Translations under genes and position numbers: made by a program
Notes under the pieces: generated by a model
What the model was told of the DNA's origin: nothing
Databases searched by the model: none
Seen by the model: the letters and a program-made list of their open reading frames with translations, nothing else
DNA from: an archaeon
Lineage (GTDB): Archaea; Nanobdellota; Nanobdellia; Pacearchaeales; DTIR01
Reading direction: 5' to 3'
NCBI GenBank assembly: GCA_043799715.1
Contig: JAZDNM010000003.1
Span: 156,903 to 220,902 of the forward strand
DNA length: 64,000 bases
Shown here: in pieces, positions 43,634 to 51,751 of the stretch
How the letters are laid out: each line of letters starts with the position of its first letter
Position numbering within the stretch: position 1 is the first letter of the stretch

Positions 43634-43915
43634 ATGGTATACAGAAAAGAGGACCAGACACAAAATCTTGCTGATTATGTAAAGAAAAATCTTGGCAAGA
43701 GCAGGGGATACACAATTGAATCTCTGAAATGGGCTCTTGTAAATCAGGGATACACAAGGACTGCAGTTGACAAGGCTATTGAACTTGCTAACAAGCAAAT
43801 TGCTGCTTCCTTGCCTAAATTCCAGCCTGCCAGGGAAAAGCAGATTGAGATTGTTGAGGAGCCTGCTGAAAAGCCTGGTTTCTGGAAGAAACTTCTTGGA
43901 ATTTTCAGAAGATAG
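43634..43915 (+). CDS. Hypothetical protein, 93 aa
   Basis: Clean ORF following a TATA-like box (atttataaatt, about 43604-43614). No family recognised. Confidence 0.45.
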   Translation: MVYRKEDQTQNLADYVKKNLGKSRGYTIESLKWALVNQGYTRTAVDKAIELANKQIAASLPKFQPAREKQIEIVEEPAEKPGFWKKLLGIFRR

Positions 43916-43918
43916 AAA

Positions 43919-44149
43919 TTAATTCTTGCTGAGAATTTTTTCAGCGCGCTTAATCATCTCTTTTTTTAATCCTATGAATACTCCGCCTTCTTTGCCCTGA
44001 ATATAAGTTGATTCTCCTTCCTTGATTATATCATTCAGGCTCTCAAGCTCAATATCAACATGAGTTATTCTTGCATTGCTCTTGCCTTTTTCATGCAGAT
44101 AAACATCTGCTTTTCCAAGCAATTTTTTGCCTTCTCCTGCTCCTGACAT
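43919..44149 (-). CDS. Hypothetical protein, 76 aa
   Basis: ORF with balanced composition, convergent with the previous gene. No family recognised. Confidence 0.4.
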   Translation of the reverse strand: MSGAGEGKKLLGKADVYLHEKGKSNARITHVDIELESLNDIIKEGESTYIQGKEGGVFIGLKKEMIKRAEKILSKN

Positions 44150-44170
44150 TATTGGTTAAAGAAGAATAAT

Positions 44171-44178
44171 TTTAAATA
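44171..44178 (+). promoter_or_regulatory. TATA-like box for tRNA-Pro
   Basis: tttaaata centred about 27 nt upstream of the tRNA 5' end. Confidence 0.5.
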
Positions 44179-44201
44179 AGTTTCTGCCTAATAAAATTCA
44201 T

Positions 44202-44274
44202 GGGGCTGTAGTATAGCCTGGTAGTATCTCGCCTTCGGGAGGCGGTGACCTGCGTTCGAATCGCAGCAGCCCCA
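44202..44274 (+). tRNA. tRNA-Pro(CGG)
   Basis: Acceptor GGGGCUG/CAGCCCC. Anticodon stem UCGCC/GGCGG, loop UU-CGG-GA (G37). T arm CUGCG-UUCGAAU-CGCAG, discriminator A. Confidence 0.9.
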
Positions 44275-44288
44275 TTTTCCTAGTTAAG

Positions 44289-44296
44289 TTTAAATA
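44289..44296 (+). promoter_or_regulatory. TATA-like box for initiator tRNA
   Basis: tttaaata centred about 27 nt upstream of the tRNA 5' end. Confidence 0.5.
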
Positions 44297-44319
44297 TCGT
44301 TCTGAGCTAAAAAAATAAT

Positions 44320-44395
44320 AGCGGGGTGGAGCAGCCTGGTTAGCTCGCGAGGCCCATAACCTCGAGGTCGCATGGTTCAAATCCTGCCCCCGCTA
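44320..44395 (+). tRNA. Initiator tRNA-Met(CAU), archaeal type (A1:U72)
   Basis: AGCGGGG/CCCCGCU acceptor with A1:U72. D arm GAGC..GCUC. Anticodon stem CGAGG/CCUCG, loop CC-CAU-AA. T arm needs a bulged U (GCA-U-GG UUCAAAU CCUGC). Confidence 0.75.
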
Positions 44396-44404
44396 CTTTT
44401 TCAA

Positions 44405-45082
44405 ATGAATAAATTGATTCTCGGAATAGATGATGCAGGACGCGGTCCTGTAATCGGTCCGATGGTTCTTGCAGGGGCAATTATTGACAAGAAGGATGAG
44501 AAGAAGCTCAAATTGCTTGGCGTCAAGGATTCAAAGCAAGTTTCTGCAAGCAAGAGGGAGATTCTTATTGAAGAGATAAAAAAAACTGCAATTGACTGGA
44601 AAGTGGAGATAATAACCCCTGCTGAAATTGACGGCAGGTCGGGAGCAGGACTAAACCTTAATCAGCTTGAGGCTGTGAAGGCTGCGGCTATCGTGAATAA
44701 TCTGAATAACGGCAAGGAGAGCATGGATGTTGTGGTGGACTGCCCTTCAAATAATATCCCAAAATGGCAGGAATACCTTCTGCAGCATATTAATAACAAA
44801 AAAAATCTTGTTTTCAAAATTGAGCACAAGGCAGATATAAATCATGTTGCATGTTCAGCGGCATCAATAATCGCAAAAGTTACTCGGGATTCTGAAATTG
44901 AGAAGATAAAAAAGAATTTAGGCGTGGACTTTGGCTCTGGTTATCCTTCTGACCCTGTAACAATTAAATTCCTGCATGAACATGGCAAGAAATACAGAAA
45001 AGAGGGCATATTCAGGGAGACATGGCAGACGTGGCAGGACGCAAAGGGCAAGAAAGCGCAGAAAAAGATAGACGAGTTCTAA
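44405..45082 (+). CDS. rnhB: Ribonuclease HII
   Basis: LGIDDAGRGPVIGPMVLAG and GVKDSKQV motifs. Start moved from 44372 (inside the tRNA) to the Met at 44405. Confidence 0.9.
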   Translation: MNKLILGIDDAGRGPVIGPMVLAGAIIDKKDEKKLKLLGVKDSKQVSASKREILIEEIKKTAIDWKVEIITPAEIDGRSGAGLNLNQLEAVKAAAIVNNLNNGKESMDVVVDCPSNNIPKWQEYLLQHINNKKNLVFKIEHKADINHVACSAASIIAKVTRDSEIEKIKKNLGVDFGSGYPSDPVTIKFLHEHGKKYRKEGIFRETWQTWQDAKGKKAQKKIDEF

Positions 45083-45310
45083 TTATAACAAGATTAAATT
45101 ATCATAAGGATAATAGGGCTATCTCCTTTTTTTTGCCTGATTTGGAGAGCCTGATTAATTTTTTGACTTTGGATGACTTGCTCTTGTTGCTGGGCTTCCT
45201 GCAGTGTTTCTTGCAGATTTTCTTCATGCTTTTTCTGGTTTTTCTCTTTGGCATGTTGGTATCAGCAATTCCTTTTTGGGAATTGTGGGGGATAATTGTT
45301 TTTGTGGATT

Positions 45311-45539
45311 ACAAGCCGACACACGGACTCGGTGAAAGAGTTCCTCAAACAGCGCTGAATCAATCTTAACCTATCAGCATGTTTTAAAGGTGATCTCCTT
45401 CGTGCCATAAAGAAGCTTAATAGGTGCAGGTTTCGTACAGTGAGTTATAGTCCGAACACTGTATTAATAGCTGAACACCCAGCAGAGGCTGTTATGGACA
45501 CATCCTTTTCAGGGCAACCGAAATGTCCTATCGGCTTGT
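45311..45539 (-). ncRNA. Unassigned structured RNA candidate (~230 nt); strand assignment tentative
   Basis: Sits in a 585-nt gene-free interval. 9-bp terminal helix ACAAGCCGA/UCGGCUUGU. On the minus strand: hairpin GGACAU..CCU-GAAA-AGG..AUGUGUCC with a GNRA loop, 7-bp stem UACAGUG/CACUGUA, 6-bp ACCUAU/AUAGGU, hairpin GGAACUC-UUUCACC-GAGUCC. TATAAATA on the minus strand at 45559-45566. Confidence 0.5.
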
Positions 45540-45558
45540 CTTAAAAATGTATTCAAAA

Positions 45559-45566
45559 TATTTATA
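45559..45566 (-). promoter_or_regulatory. TATA box (minus strand TATAAATA) upstream of the structured RNA candidate
   Basis: Centred about 23-26 nt from the 5' strand of the terminal helix, the same spacing as at the tRNA/SRP genes. The + strand ferredoxin gene has its own box at 45638-45646. Confidence 0.45.
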
Positions 45567-45667
45567 CTTATCCAATCACTCCCCAGTTAATATAATAGGC
45601 ATGACACCCCTTGGCAGTTAATATCTGTTGAGGAAAGCCTTATAAATCCAGGAAAAAACGAATAATT

Positions 45668-45877
45668 ATGGAAATCAAGATAGATTATAAAAAATGCTGC
45701 TGGAAAGACGGGAAATGTACAAGCTGTGGATGCGGAGGCGCCTGTGTAGGATGTGTTGAAGCATGCTCAGTCGGCGCATTATCAAGAAAGAAGGTTCTTG
45801 AAATTGACAGAAAAAAATGCATTCAATGCGGTTCATGCGTAAGTGCGTGCAAGCATGGTGCTTTATCCTTGTGCTGA
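45668..45877 (+). CDS. Small 2x[4Fe-4S]-type ferredoxin-like protein
   Basis: CGGACVGCVEAC and CIQCGSCVSAC motifs plus extra N-terminal Cys (CCWKDGKCTSCGC). 69 aa. Confidence 0.7.
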   Translation: MEIKIDYKKCCWKDGKCTSCGCGGACVGCVEACSVGALSRKKVLEIDRKKCIQCGSCVSACKHGALSLC

Positions 45878-45986
45878 GTTAGAATAAAAGTAAATCTTAG
45901 ACAATTAGTTTTTCTTTGACTTCTGGATTATATCCATGATTGCAAAGGCTATACCAACTCCCATCAGGCTGTAGCCAATCAGCCTG

Positions 45987-46151
45987 TTATCCCCCAAAAA
46001 GGATTCCTGCCAGGACAAGAGCAAAAGCAAGGCCAGCAAGGGCGGAAAGTTTTTTCTCTTTCTTGCTCTTCTTTTTAATAAAAACAAGAAGGGCTAATAT
46101 TATCGCCAATGCAACAACGGCTATTAAGATGTAGAATTGGGTTATGTTCAT
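45987..46151 (-). CDS. Small membrane protein, 54 aa as read; probably continues into ORF 45905-46087 after a frame change at a T5G5 run
   Basis: MNITQFYILIAVVALAIILALLVFIKKKSKKEKKLSALAGLAFALVLAGILFGG-stop. The +1 frame continues DNRLIGYSLMGVGIAFAIMDIIQKSKKN (a third TM). Confidence 0.4.
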   Translation of the reverse strand: MNITQFYILIAVVALAIILALLVFIKKKSKKEKKLSALAGLAFALVLAGILFGG

Positions 46152-46241
46152 ATAAGGAATCATTATTTTGGATTTTATAAAAGCTTAGCTCAGGATTTTC
46201 CCAGGAAAAATGTTTAAAAATCTCTTATGCTGGGATTTATC

Positions 46242-49100
46242 ATGCCATTTGTAAAAAAGCTGGTGATGTCTGGCTTCAAGTCTTTTGCAAAGCCCACAGA
46301 GATTCTGTTTGACAAGACAATGAACACTATTGTCGGCCCGAACGGCTCTGGCAAGAGCAATGTCTCTGATGCAATCTGCTTTGTTCTTGGAAGATTAAGC
46401 ATAAAGTCAATAAGAGCAGAAAAAGCTGCAAACCTGATTTATAATGGGGGAAAAGAGAACAGACCTTCTGATGAAGCCAGAGTTGAAATGATTTTTGACA
46501 ATTCTGACAAGGTTCTTTCAGGCAGCGAGGAAATGAAAATAGCAAGGATTGTAAAAAGGGATGGGCAGAGCATTTACAAAATTGATGGAAAGACAAAAAC
46601 AAGGCAGGAAGTTCTTGACTTGCTTGCGCAGGCAGGCATCGACCCATATGGATTTAATATAATCCTGCAGGGCGAGATATCAAGATTTGTTGAGATGAGA
46701 AACGATGAGAGAAGAGTAATTCTTGAAGACATAGCAGGAATAAGCATATATGAAACAAGAAAGGAAAAATCACTGAAAGAGCTTGAAAGAACAGATGAGA
46801 GACTCAAGGAAGTCAATACTATCCTGAGAGAAAGAACAGCATATTTGAAAAATCTTGAGGAGGACCGACAGCAGGCTCTGAAATTCAAGAAGCTTGAAGA
46901 GACCGTAAAAAGATGCAAGGCATCAATTCTGAGAAAGAAAATTGAGGAAAGAACAAAAGAAAGAAAGGAGGTTGATGAATCAATTTCTAAGGAAGCTGGA
47001 GGCATTGAAAAGACAAAAAGCTATATCTTGAAGCTTGAAGAGGAAATCAAAAAACTAAACAGCAGGATTGAGGAGATTAACGCAAAGATACAAAAATCTT
47101 CAGGAGTTGAGCAGACATCCCTAACTGAGAATATTACAGAACTTAAAGCTGAAATTGCAGGGCTAAGTGTCAGAAAAGAGAATTACCAGAACCAGCTGGA
47201 CTCAATCGCAAGAAGAGAAGAGGAGCTTGAAAAAAGCATCTCTGATTTGCAGAAAGAAACCGATGAGATGAGAAAAAGTAAGGGTAAGTCAGTCAAGCAG
47301 GAAGTTGAGAGTAAGAAAAGAACTCTTGAAGGGCTTGAGGAAAGAAAGGCGAAGTTCTATTCACTGAAATCATCTTTGAATGTAGCAAATGAAAGATATG
47401 AAGACAAGAAAAAAGAGCTGCAGAAAGCAGAGCATGAATATGAATTCACTTTCAGGAAGATAGAAGAAACTGAAGCCCTGCTTAAATTTAAGGATAATCT
47501 TGAAAAATGCAGGGAAAGGCTTTCAGCGCTTAGAAAGGAAATTGAGAATGCAAAGAAAAACCAGCAGGAAGCCGAACTGAAGATTCTGGAATCTGAAAAA
47601 GAAATCGCTGCATGCTCAAGGCAGATTTCTGACACAGAAAATGTCAAAAAACATGTTGCAGAGCTGGATATATGCCCCCTGTGCAAAACAAAAATAACCT
47701 CCGAGCATATTGAAAATATTGATAAAGAGGCAAATGAAAAAATTGCAAAGCTTAAACAGGAAATCGACAAATCAAAAAAGCAGAAAGAGGATTTCTGGGG
47801 CAGAAAAGAGGATTCAATAGCAATTATCAAGGAAACTGGCGCTGAAATTGAAGAAAGAGAGAAGGATATTTTGAGGCTTGAGACACTTGAAGATAAGAAA
47901 TCCATGCTCAGGGATTTTGATGAGGCGAGAAAAAGAATTTCAAATGAGATAAATGAACTGGAAAGCAAAAGAAAACAGACACAAAAGTCAATTGCTGAAT
48001 TAGAGGATATTGAGCAGAAATACGAGCTGCTCAAGCTCGATGTTGACGAGCTGAAAAGGCATGAAGAGGTGGATGTAGGAACTGAAATCTCCTACAAGTT
48101 AAGGGAGATGGAAAGAGTAAAGGTGATAATAAGGCAGATTTCAGCCCAGGCAGGCGAGCTTGAAAAAGAGGTTCTTGAAATTGGCAGGGAGCTTGACAGA
48201 AAGCAGAAAGAGGCAAGGGACAAAGAGAGGCAGGAGCAGGAAATACAGGTAAGATACAAGAGAATGTTTGAAGAGAAGAATAATCTGCAGGATAAAGTAA
48301 GGATGTTTGAAACTGATATGCTAAAGAAGCAGAATGATGCAAGATTTACAGAGGAGAGAACAAACAACTTTAGGATAAAAAAAGCAGAGGTGAATGCGCA
48401 GATTGAAACACTTGAAATGGAATTCAAGGAATTTGGCGATGTTGAAGTGATAAAAGCATCGGTTGAAGAGCTTCAGGCAAGGCTTGAGAGTTCGCAAAGG
48501 TCCCTTGATGTCATCGGCAGCGTCAATCTCAAGGCTCTTGAGGTTTATGACAGCATAAAAAAAGATTATGAGGAAATAGCTCTGAAAGTTGAGCTGCTTG
48601 ACAAGGAGAAGCAGGAGATACTCAAAATTATTGAGGAAATAGACAAGAAAAAGAAGAACAACTTCATGAAAACTCTCAATACAATAAACCAGCTCTTCTC
48701 TGATAATTTCTCAAGGCTGAGCACAAAGGGGCAGGCATGGCTTGAGCTTGAAAATCCATCAGATGTTTTTGCAGGCGGCTTGGATATTGTTGTCCGGATT
48801 GCAAAAGGCAAGTACATGGATATAAACTCGCTTTCAGGAGGGGAGCAGGTTCTCGTTGCGCTGTCGCTTATATTCGCAATACAAGAGCACAAGCCGTACT
48901 GCTTCTATATCTTTGATGAGATTGATGCAGCATTAGACAAGAGAAACTCAGAGAGACTGGCAGGATTGCTCATATCCTATACAAAGAAATCCCAGTGCAT
49001 AGTCATAACCCACAATGATTCAATCATCTCAAATTCAGCAACAATTTATGGTGTCAGCATGCAGGACGGAGTAAGCAAGATTATCAGCCTGAAATTGTGA
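46242..49100 (+). CDS. smc: SMC-type ATPase with a central CPxC zinc-hook-like motif in place of a hinge
   Basis: SMC head: GFKSF, GPNGSGKSNVSDAICFVLG, ILQGEISRFVEM..ERRVILEDIAGI, LSGGEQVLVALSLIFAI, FYIFDEIDAALD, VITHND. Uninterrupted K/E-rich heptad sequence in between, with LDICPLCKTKITSEHI at residue 483 of 957. ORF opens at 46227 and the Met at 46242 is the likely start. Confidence 0.85.
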   Translation: MPFVKKLVMSGFKSFAKPTEILFDKTMNTIVGPNGSGKSNVSDAICFVLGRLSIKSIRAEKAANLIYNGGKENRPSDEARVEMIFDNSDKVLSGSEEMKIARIVKRDGQSIYKIDGKTKTRQEVLDLLAQAGIDPYGFNIILQGEISRFVEMRNDERRVILEDIAGISIYETRKEKSLKELERTDERLKEVNTILRERTAYLKNLEEDRQQALKFKKLEETVKRCKASILRKKIEERTKERKEVDESISKEAGGIEKTKSYILKLEEEIKKLNSRIEEINAKIQKSSGVEQTSLTENITELKAEIAGLSVRKENYQNQLDSIARREEELEKSISDLQKETDEMRKSKGKSVKQEVESKKRTLEGLEERKAKFYSLKSSLNVANERYEDKKKELQKAEHEYEFTFRKIEETEALLKFKDNLEKCRERLSALRKEIENAKKNQQEAELKILESEKEIAACSRQISDTENVKKHVAELDICPLCKTKITSEHIENIDKEANEKIAKLKQEIDKSKKQKEDFWGRKEDSIAIIKETGAEIEEREKDILRLETLEDKKSMLRDFDEARKRISNEINELESKRKQTQKSIAELEDIEQKYELLKLDVDELKRHEEVDVGTEISYKLREMERVKVIIRQISAQAGELEKEVLEIGRELDRKQKEARDKERQEQEIQVRYKRMFEEKNNLQDKVRMFETDMLKKQNDARFTEERTNNFRIKKAEVNAQIETLEMEFKEFGDVEVIKASVEELQARLESSQRSLDVIGSVNLKALEVYDSIKKDYEEIALKVELLDKEKQEILKIIEEIDKKKKNNFMKTLNTINQLFSDNFSRLSTKGQAWLELENPSDVFAGGLDIVVRIAKGKYMDINSLSGGEQVLVALSLIFAIQEHKPYCFYIFDEIDAALDKRNSERLAGLLISYTKKSQCIVITHNDSIISNSATIYGVSMQDGVSKIISLKL

Positions 49101-49109
49101 TTTCAGGAG

Positions 49110-49883
49110 TTATAGAATTCTAAAATCAACACGGATTCTGAACTTGTAAGGAGCAATTTCCCCTGCTTTCTTGACTTGCAGGATTTTGATTTTCTTTTTT
49201 GCCCTGGCTGCTTCTTTTTTTACTGCGCTGATTTTGCTTTCTATTTCATCGTGCTTTGCAAAATCATAGTAATATACAATCGTGCCGCGCTTTGAAACTG
49301 CAAATGCCTCTTTCAGGAACATGTCTTTCAGCTGGGGGCGGGGCATCAGGATGATATCAAATTTGACTTTTAATTTCTTGATTGCTTTTTTTACATCTGC
49401 CTGCACAATCTTCAGATTTTTCAGCTTGTTCAGCTTCACATTTTCTTCTGCATATTTGCAAGCGTTTCTATTAAGTTCTATTGCAATGACTTCTGCCTTG
49501 GGGTTCTGTTTTGCAATCACGATTGCATAAGGGGCAACGCCTGAAAACATAACAAGAACTTTTTTCCTGCCTTTTATTGCAGAGGATATTATCTGCCTCT
49601 CATTGCTTAATCTTGGGGAGAAGTAGCATGTCTCAACATTCAGTTTCATCAAGCAGCCGCTTTCCCTGTGCAATGTTTCTTTTGTGTTGTTTCCGAGAAT
49701 AAAATCAAGCTTTCTTTTTCTCAGCCTGCCTTTTACCCTTCCTGACTTTAGCAGAACTGTAGTTAAGTGCTTGTTTGACGCAAGAATCTTTCTTGCCATG
49801 CCTAATGCCTGCTTTTTTCTCTCATCAGGCAACTGCAGTATAGCAATGCTGCCTATTGCTTCAAAAGGAATATGCCCTTTCAT
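49110..49883 (-). CDS. trm5: Trm5/TYW2 (Met-10+ like) class I tRNA methyltransferase
   Basis: VLVMFSGVAPYAIVIAK SAM motif, AIELNRNACKYAEENVKLNKL, FDIILMPRP. Confidence 0.75.
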   Translation of the reverse strand: MKGHIPFEAIGSIAILQLPDERKKQALGMARKILASNKHLTTVLLKSGRVKGRLRKRKLDFILGNNTKETLHRESGCLMKLNVETCYFSPRLSNERQIISSAIKGRKKVLVMFSGVAPYAIVIAKQNPKAEVIAIELNRNACKYAEENVKLNKLKNLKIVQADVKKAIKKLKVKFDIILMPRPQLKDMFLKEAFAVSKRGTIVYYYDFAKHDEIESKISAVKKEAARAKKKIKILQVKKAGEIAPYKFRIRVDFRIL

Positions 49884-49924
49884 TGCATCAGAAGATTTTT
49901 AAAGTTTAAAAAGCTTTAAGGAAT

Positions 49925-50485
49925 ATGAAAAGGAATCTGGGATTATTGATTCTTGCTTCTGTGATAGCTGTCATGCCCTTCGCAAGCGCATACTGGAATG
50001 GCTTGGGATTTGGTTATGGTTTTAGCCCTTCTGATTTGCTTGACAATGAATGGGCTGTTTTCCTGATTCTCTTTGCAATATTCTACTCAACAATATATGC
50101 ATCATTGGGCAAGGTTTTCAAGGACAACAAGGCTGCCCCTGCAATTATTGCATTGGCGCTTGCATTGCTTGTTACAGCAGGCATTCAGAAGCAATGGACA
50201 TTCCTTGAGCAGCCGATAATGCTCTGGGCGCTGATACTTGCTGTTGTGCTCGTGCTTGTCACATTTTTCAGGGCAATGAATGTAGGTCCTGTAATGTTTA
50301 TAGGGGTTTTCCTGCTTCTTGCTGGATTGTGGGGCAGCATAAAAGACTCAATAGGCTATATGCTTCCTTATGCAATGATAAGTTTCTTTGACTCACTGCA
50401 GGGATTTGCGTGGGCTATAATAATTGCAGGGCTTGTTTTCATAAGCTACGGCTTTGTAAAGACGCACTCTGCGAGGGAGAAATAA
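49925..50485 (+). CDS. Hypothetical polytopic membrane protein
   Basis: 186 aa, about 5 TM helices, signal-like N-terminus. Confidence 0.5.
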   Translation: MKRNLGLLILASVIAVMPFASAYWNGLGFGYGFSPSDLLDNEWAVFLILFAIFYSTIYASLGKVFKDNKAAPAIIALALALLVTAGIQKQWTFLEQPIMLWALILAVVLVLVTFFRAMNVGPVMFIGVFLLLAGLWGSIKDSIGYMLPYAMISFFDSLQGFAWAIIIAGLVFISYGFVKTHSAREK

Positions 50486-50486
50486 A

Positions 50487-50678
50487 ATGAAGATAATAGA
50501 TTCTGTGATAGGGCTTGTTGTATTGTTCATGGGCTTGCTTCCCCTGCTTGGAAAAATTGAGCAGTTTGCATACGTTTCAGGAGTTGTGGGGCAGCCTGGC
50601 TCAAATGTGTATCAGGCAGTGCTCATTGTTCTTGGGGCTCTTGTGCTAGTTTATTCAGCCCAAAAAGAAAAGAAATAA
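50487..50678 (+). CDS. Hypothetical small 2-TM membrane protein
   Basis: 63 aa. Starts 2 nt after the previous stop. Confidence 0.45.
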   Translation: MKIIDSVIGLVVLFMGLLPLLGKIEQFAYVSGVVGQPGSNVYQAVLIVLGALVLVYSAQKEKK

Positions 50679-50679
50679 A

Positions 50680-51714
50680 TTAAAACCACTTCTTCAGGTC
50701 TGACTGCTTTTTTGATTCATCCTGTTTTTTAAGTTTCTCAAGCGCTGAATCAAGCCTTTCCCTTGAGAAATCATGCTCCTCACAGAGAATTTTGTCAAGC
50801 TTATTTTCATCTGGCTTGCCTTCTTTCATACTGTAGCTTCTTGTTACATCAGGATTCTTGAACAGGGAAAAGATTTTCTGCCAGTCAAAGTCAAATGAAA
50901 TGCCCTGATTTTCAATATGCTTGAAAATAGGTTCTGGCTGCTGATATTGCCTGACAATCTGAAGCGCTTTTTTCGGCCCTATTCCTTTTATTCCCCCTGG
51001 ATTGTAATCAGTGCCTACAAGGATTCCAAGTGAAATCAACTGCTCATGGTTTAACTGCAGTGTGTTCAGCACATCATCTAATTCGATGAGTTCTGTCTGC
51101 ACAGGAACAGTTAACCCGCTTGCAAGCCTTCTTTTTCTTGCAAGTGTCAAGTTTTGTATTAATTTAGGGGAGCCGAAAAGCAATGCGTCATAATCCTGTG
51201 ATGCAGCAGCGTAAACTTCCTCGTTTGTCCTGCATATGTATGCCGCCTGGGCTTCGCCCTCTCCTGGCGCCTGAACAACAGGGATGCCCAATGCACTAAG
51301 CAGCATCTTTGATTCTTCAATGATATCTGATGTAAGGTGCGTTGTCTGCCTTGAATATCTAGCCATTGCCTCTGTGTCCATTGCAGTTCTTGCAGCCTCA
51401 TATTTTGCCCTTGCTTCCTCTTTTGCTGCGAGCCTTGCCTCGTTTGTCGCTCCTTTCATTTCAGGCGGCTTTCCATCAAAAACATAAACAAGCCTTAAGC
51501 CCTGTGTCAAAAGATTCACATTTCTGTAAAATAATCCTGACAAATGGGAGGTTATTCTCTTTCTGGAATCCATCAACGGAGTTCCGTCTGGCTGCCTTAT
51601 TGTGCTCAAGAACTGGTAAATTGTGTTGAATGCGTCAACAGCGATTATTTTACCCTTCAGGCTTTCAATAGAAATTTCCTTTCTTGGAATTATCTCGCTT
51701 ATCTGCAAGCCCAT
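50680..51714 (-). CDS. fen: Flap endonuclease 1
   Basis: MGLQISEIIPRKEI..AVDAFNTIYQFLSTIRQPDGTPLMDS N-terminus. GIGPKKA H3TH. C-terminal PIP box QSDLKKWF. Start moved from 51735 to the canonical MGLQI Met. Confidence 0.9.
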   Translation of the reverse strand: MGLQISEIIPRKEISIESLKGKIIAVDAFNTIYQFLSTIRQPDGTPLMDSRKRITSHLSGLFYRNVNLLTQGLRLVYVFDGKPPEMKGATNEARLAAKEEARAKYEAARTAMDTEAMARYSRQTTHLTSDIIEESKMLLSALGIPVVQAPGEGEAQAAYICRTNEEVYAAASQDYDALLFGSPKLIQNLTLARKRRLASGLTVPVQTELIELDDVLNTLQLNHEQLISLGILVGTDYNPGGIKGIGPKKALQIVRQYQQPEPIFKHIENQGISFDFDWQKIFSLFKNPDVTRSYSMKEGKPDENKLDKILCEEHDFSRERLDSALEKLKKQDESKKQSDLKKWF

Positions 51715-51751
51715 AATGTTTAATAGAGAAAACAATATAAAAAGTTAGTGT

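Noticed and set aside
44198-44380. 60-aa minus-strand ORF, and the 44372 start of the rnhB ORF
   Set aside because: Both overlap tRNA-Pro and/or the initiator tRNA. RNase HII homology begins only at the Met at 44405.
45022-45369. 115-aa + strand ORF, and a 50-aa very basic minus-strand ORF (45102-45254), in the rnhB-ferredoxin spacer
   Set aside because: The + ORF starts inside rnhB, has a Leu/Phe-rich nonsense composition and runs into the structured region. The basic minus-strand ORF has no SD and may simply reflect an A-rich strand. It is kept only as a remark under the RNA finding.
45311-45539. Calling the structured RNA candidate RNase P RNA
   Set aside because: I could not locate a convincing CR-I (GAGGAAAGUCC) / CR-V (ACAGAA..GGCUUA) pair forming P4. 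The weak look-alikes (GGUGAAAGAGUUCC, ACCGAAAUGUCCUAUCGGCUUGU) are on the + strand, whereas the TATA box and GNRA loop favour the minus strand. It is left unassigned pending a covariance-model search.
46574-48892. Several minus-strand ORFs (143, 225, 111 and 108 aa) inside the SMC-like gene
   Set aside because: They mirror a K/E-rich coiled-coil coding sequence (poly-S/F/L products). The sense strand has a continuous 957-codon frame with SMC head motifs.
46242-49100. Annotating the hook-containing ATPase simply as Rad50
   Set aside because: The head motifs (FKSF, DAICFVLG, QGEISRFVEM, GVSMQDGVSK) are SMC-type rather than Rad50-type. No mre11, nurA or herA neighbours are present.
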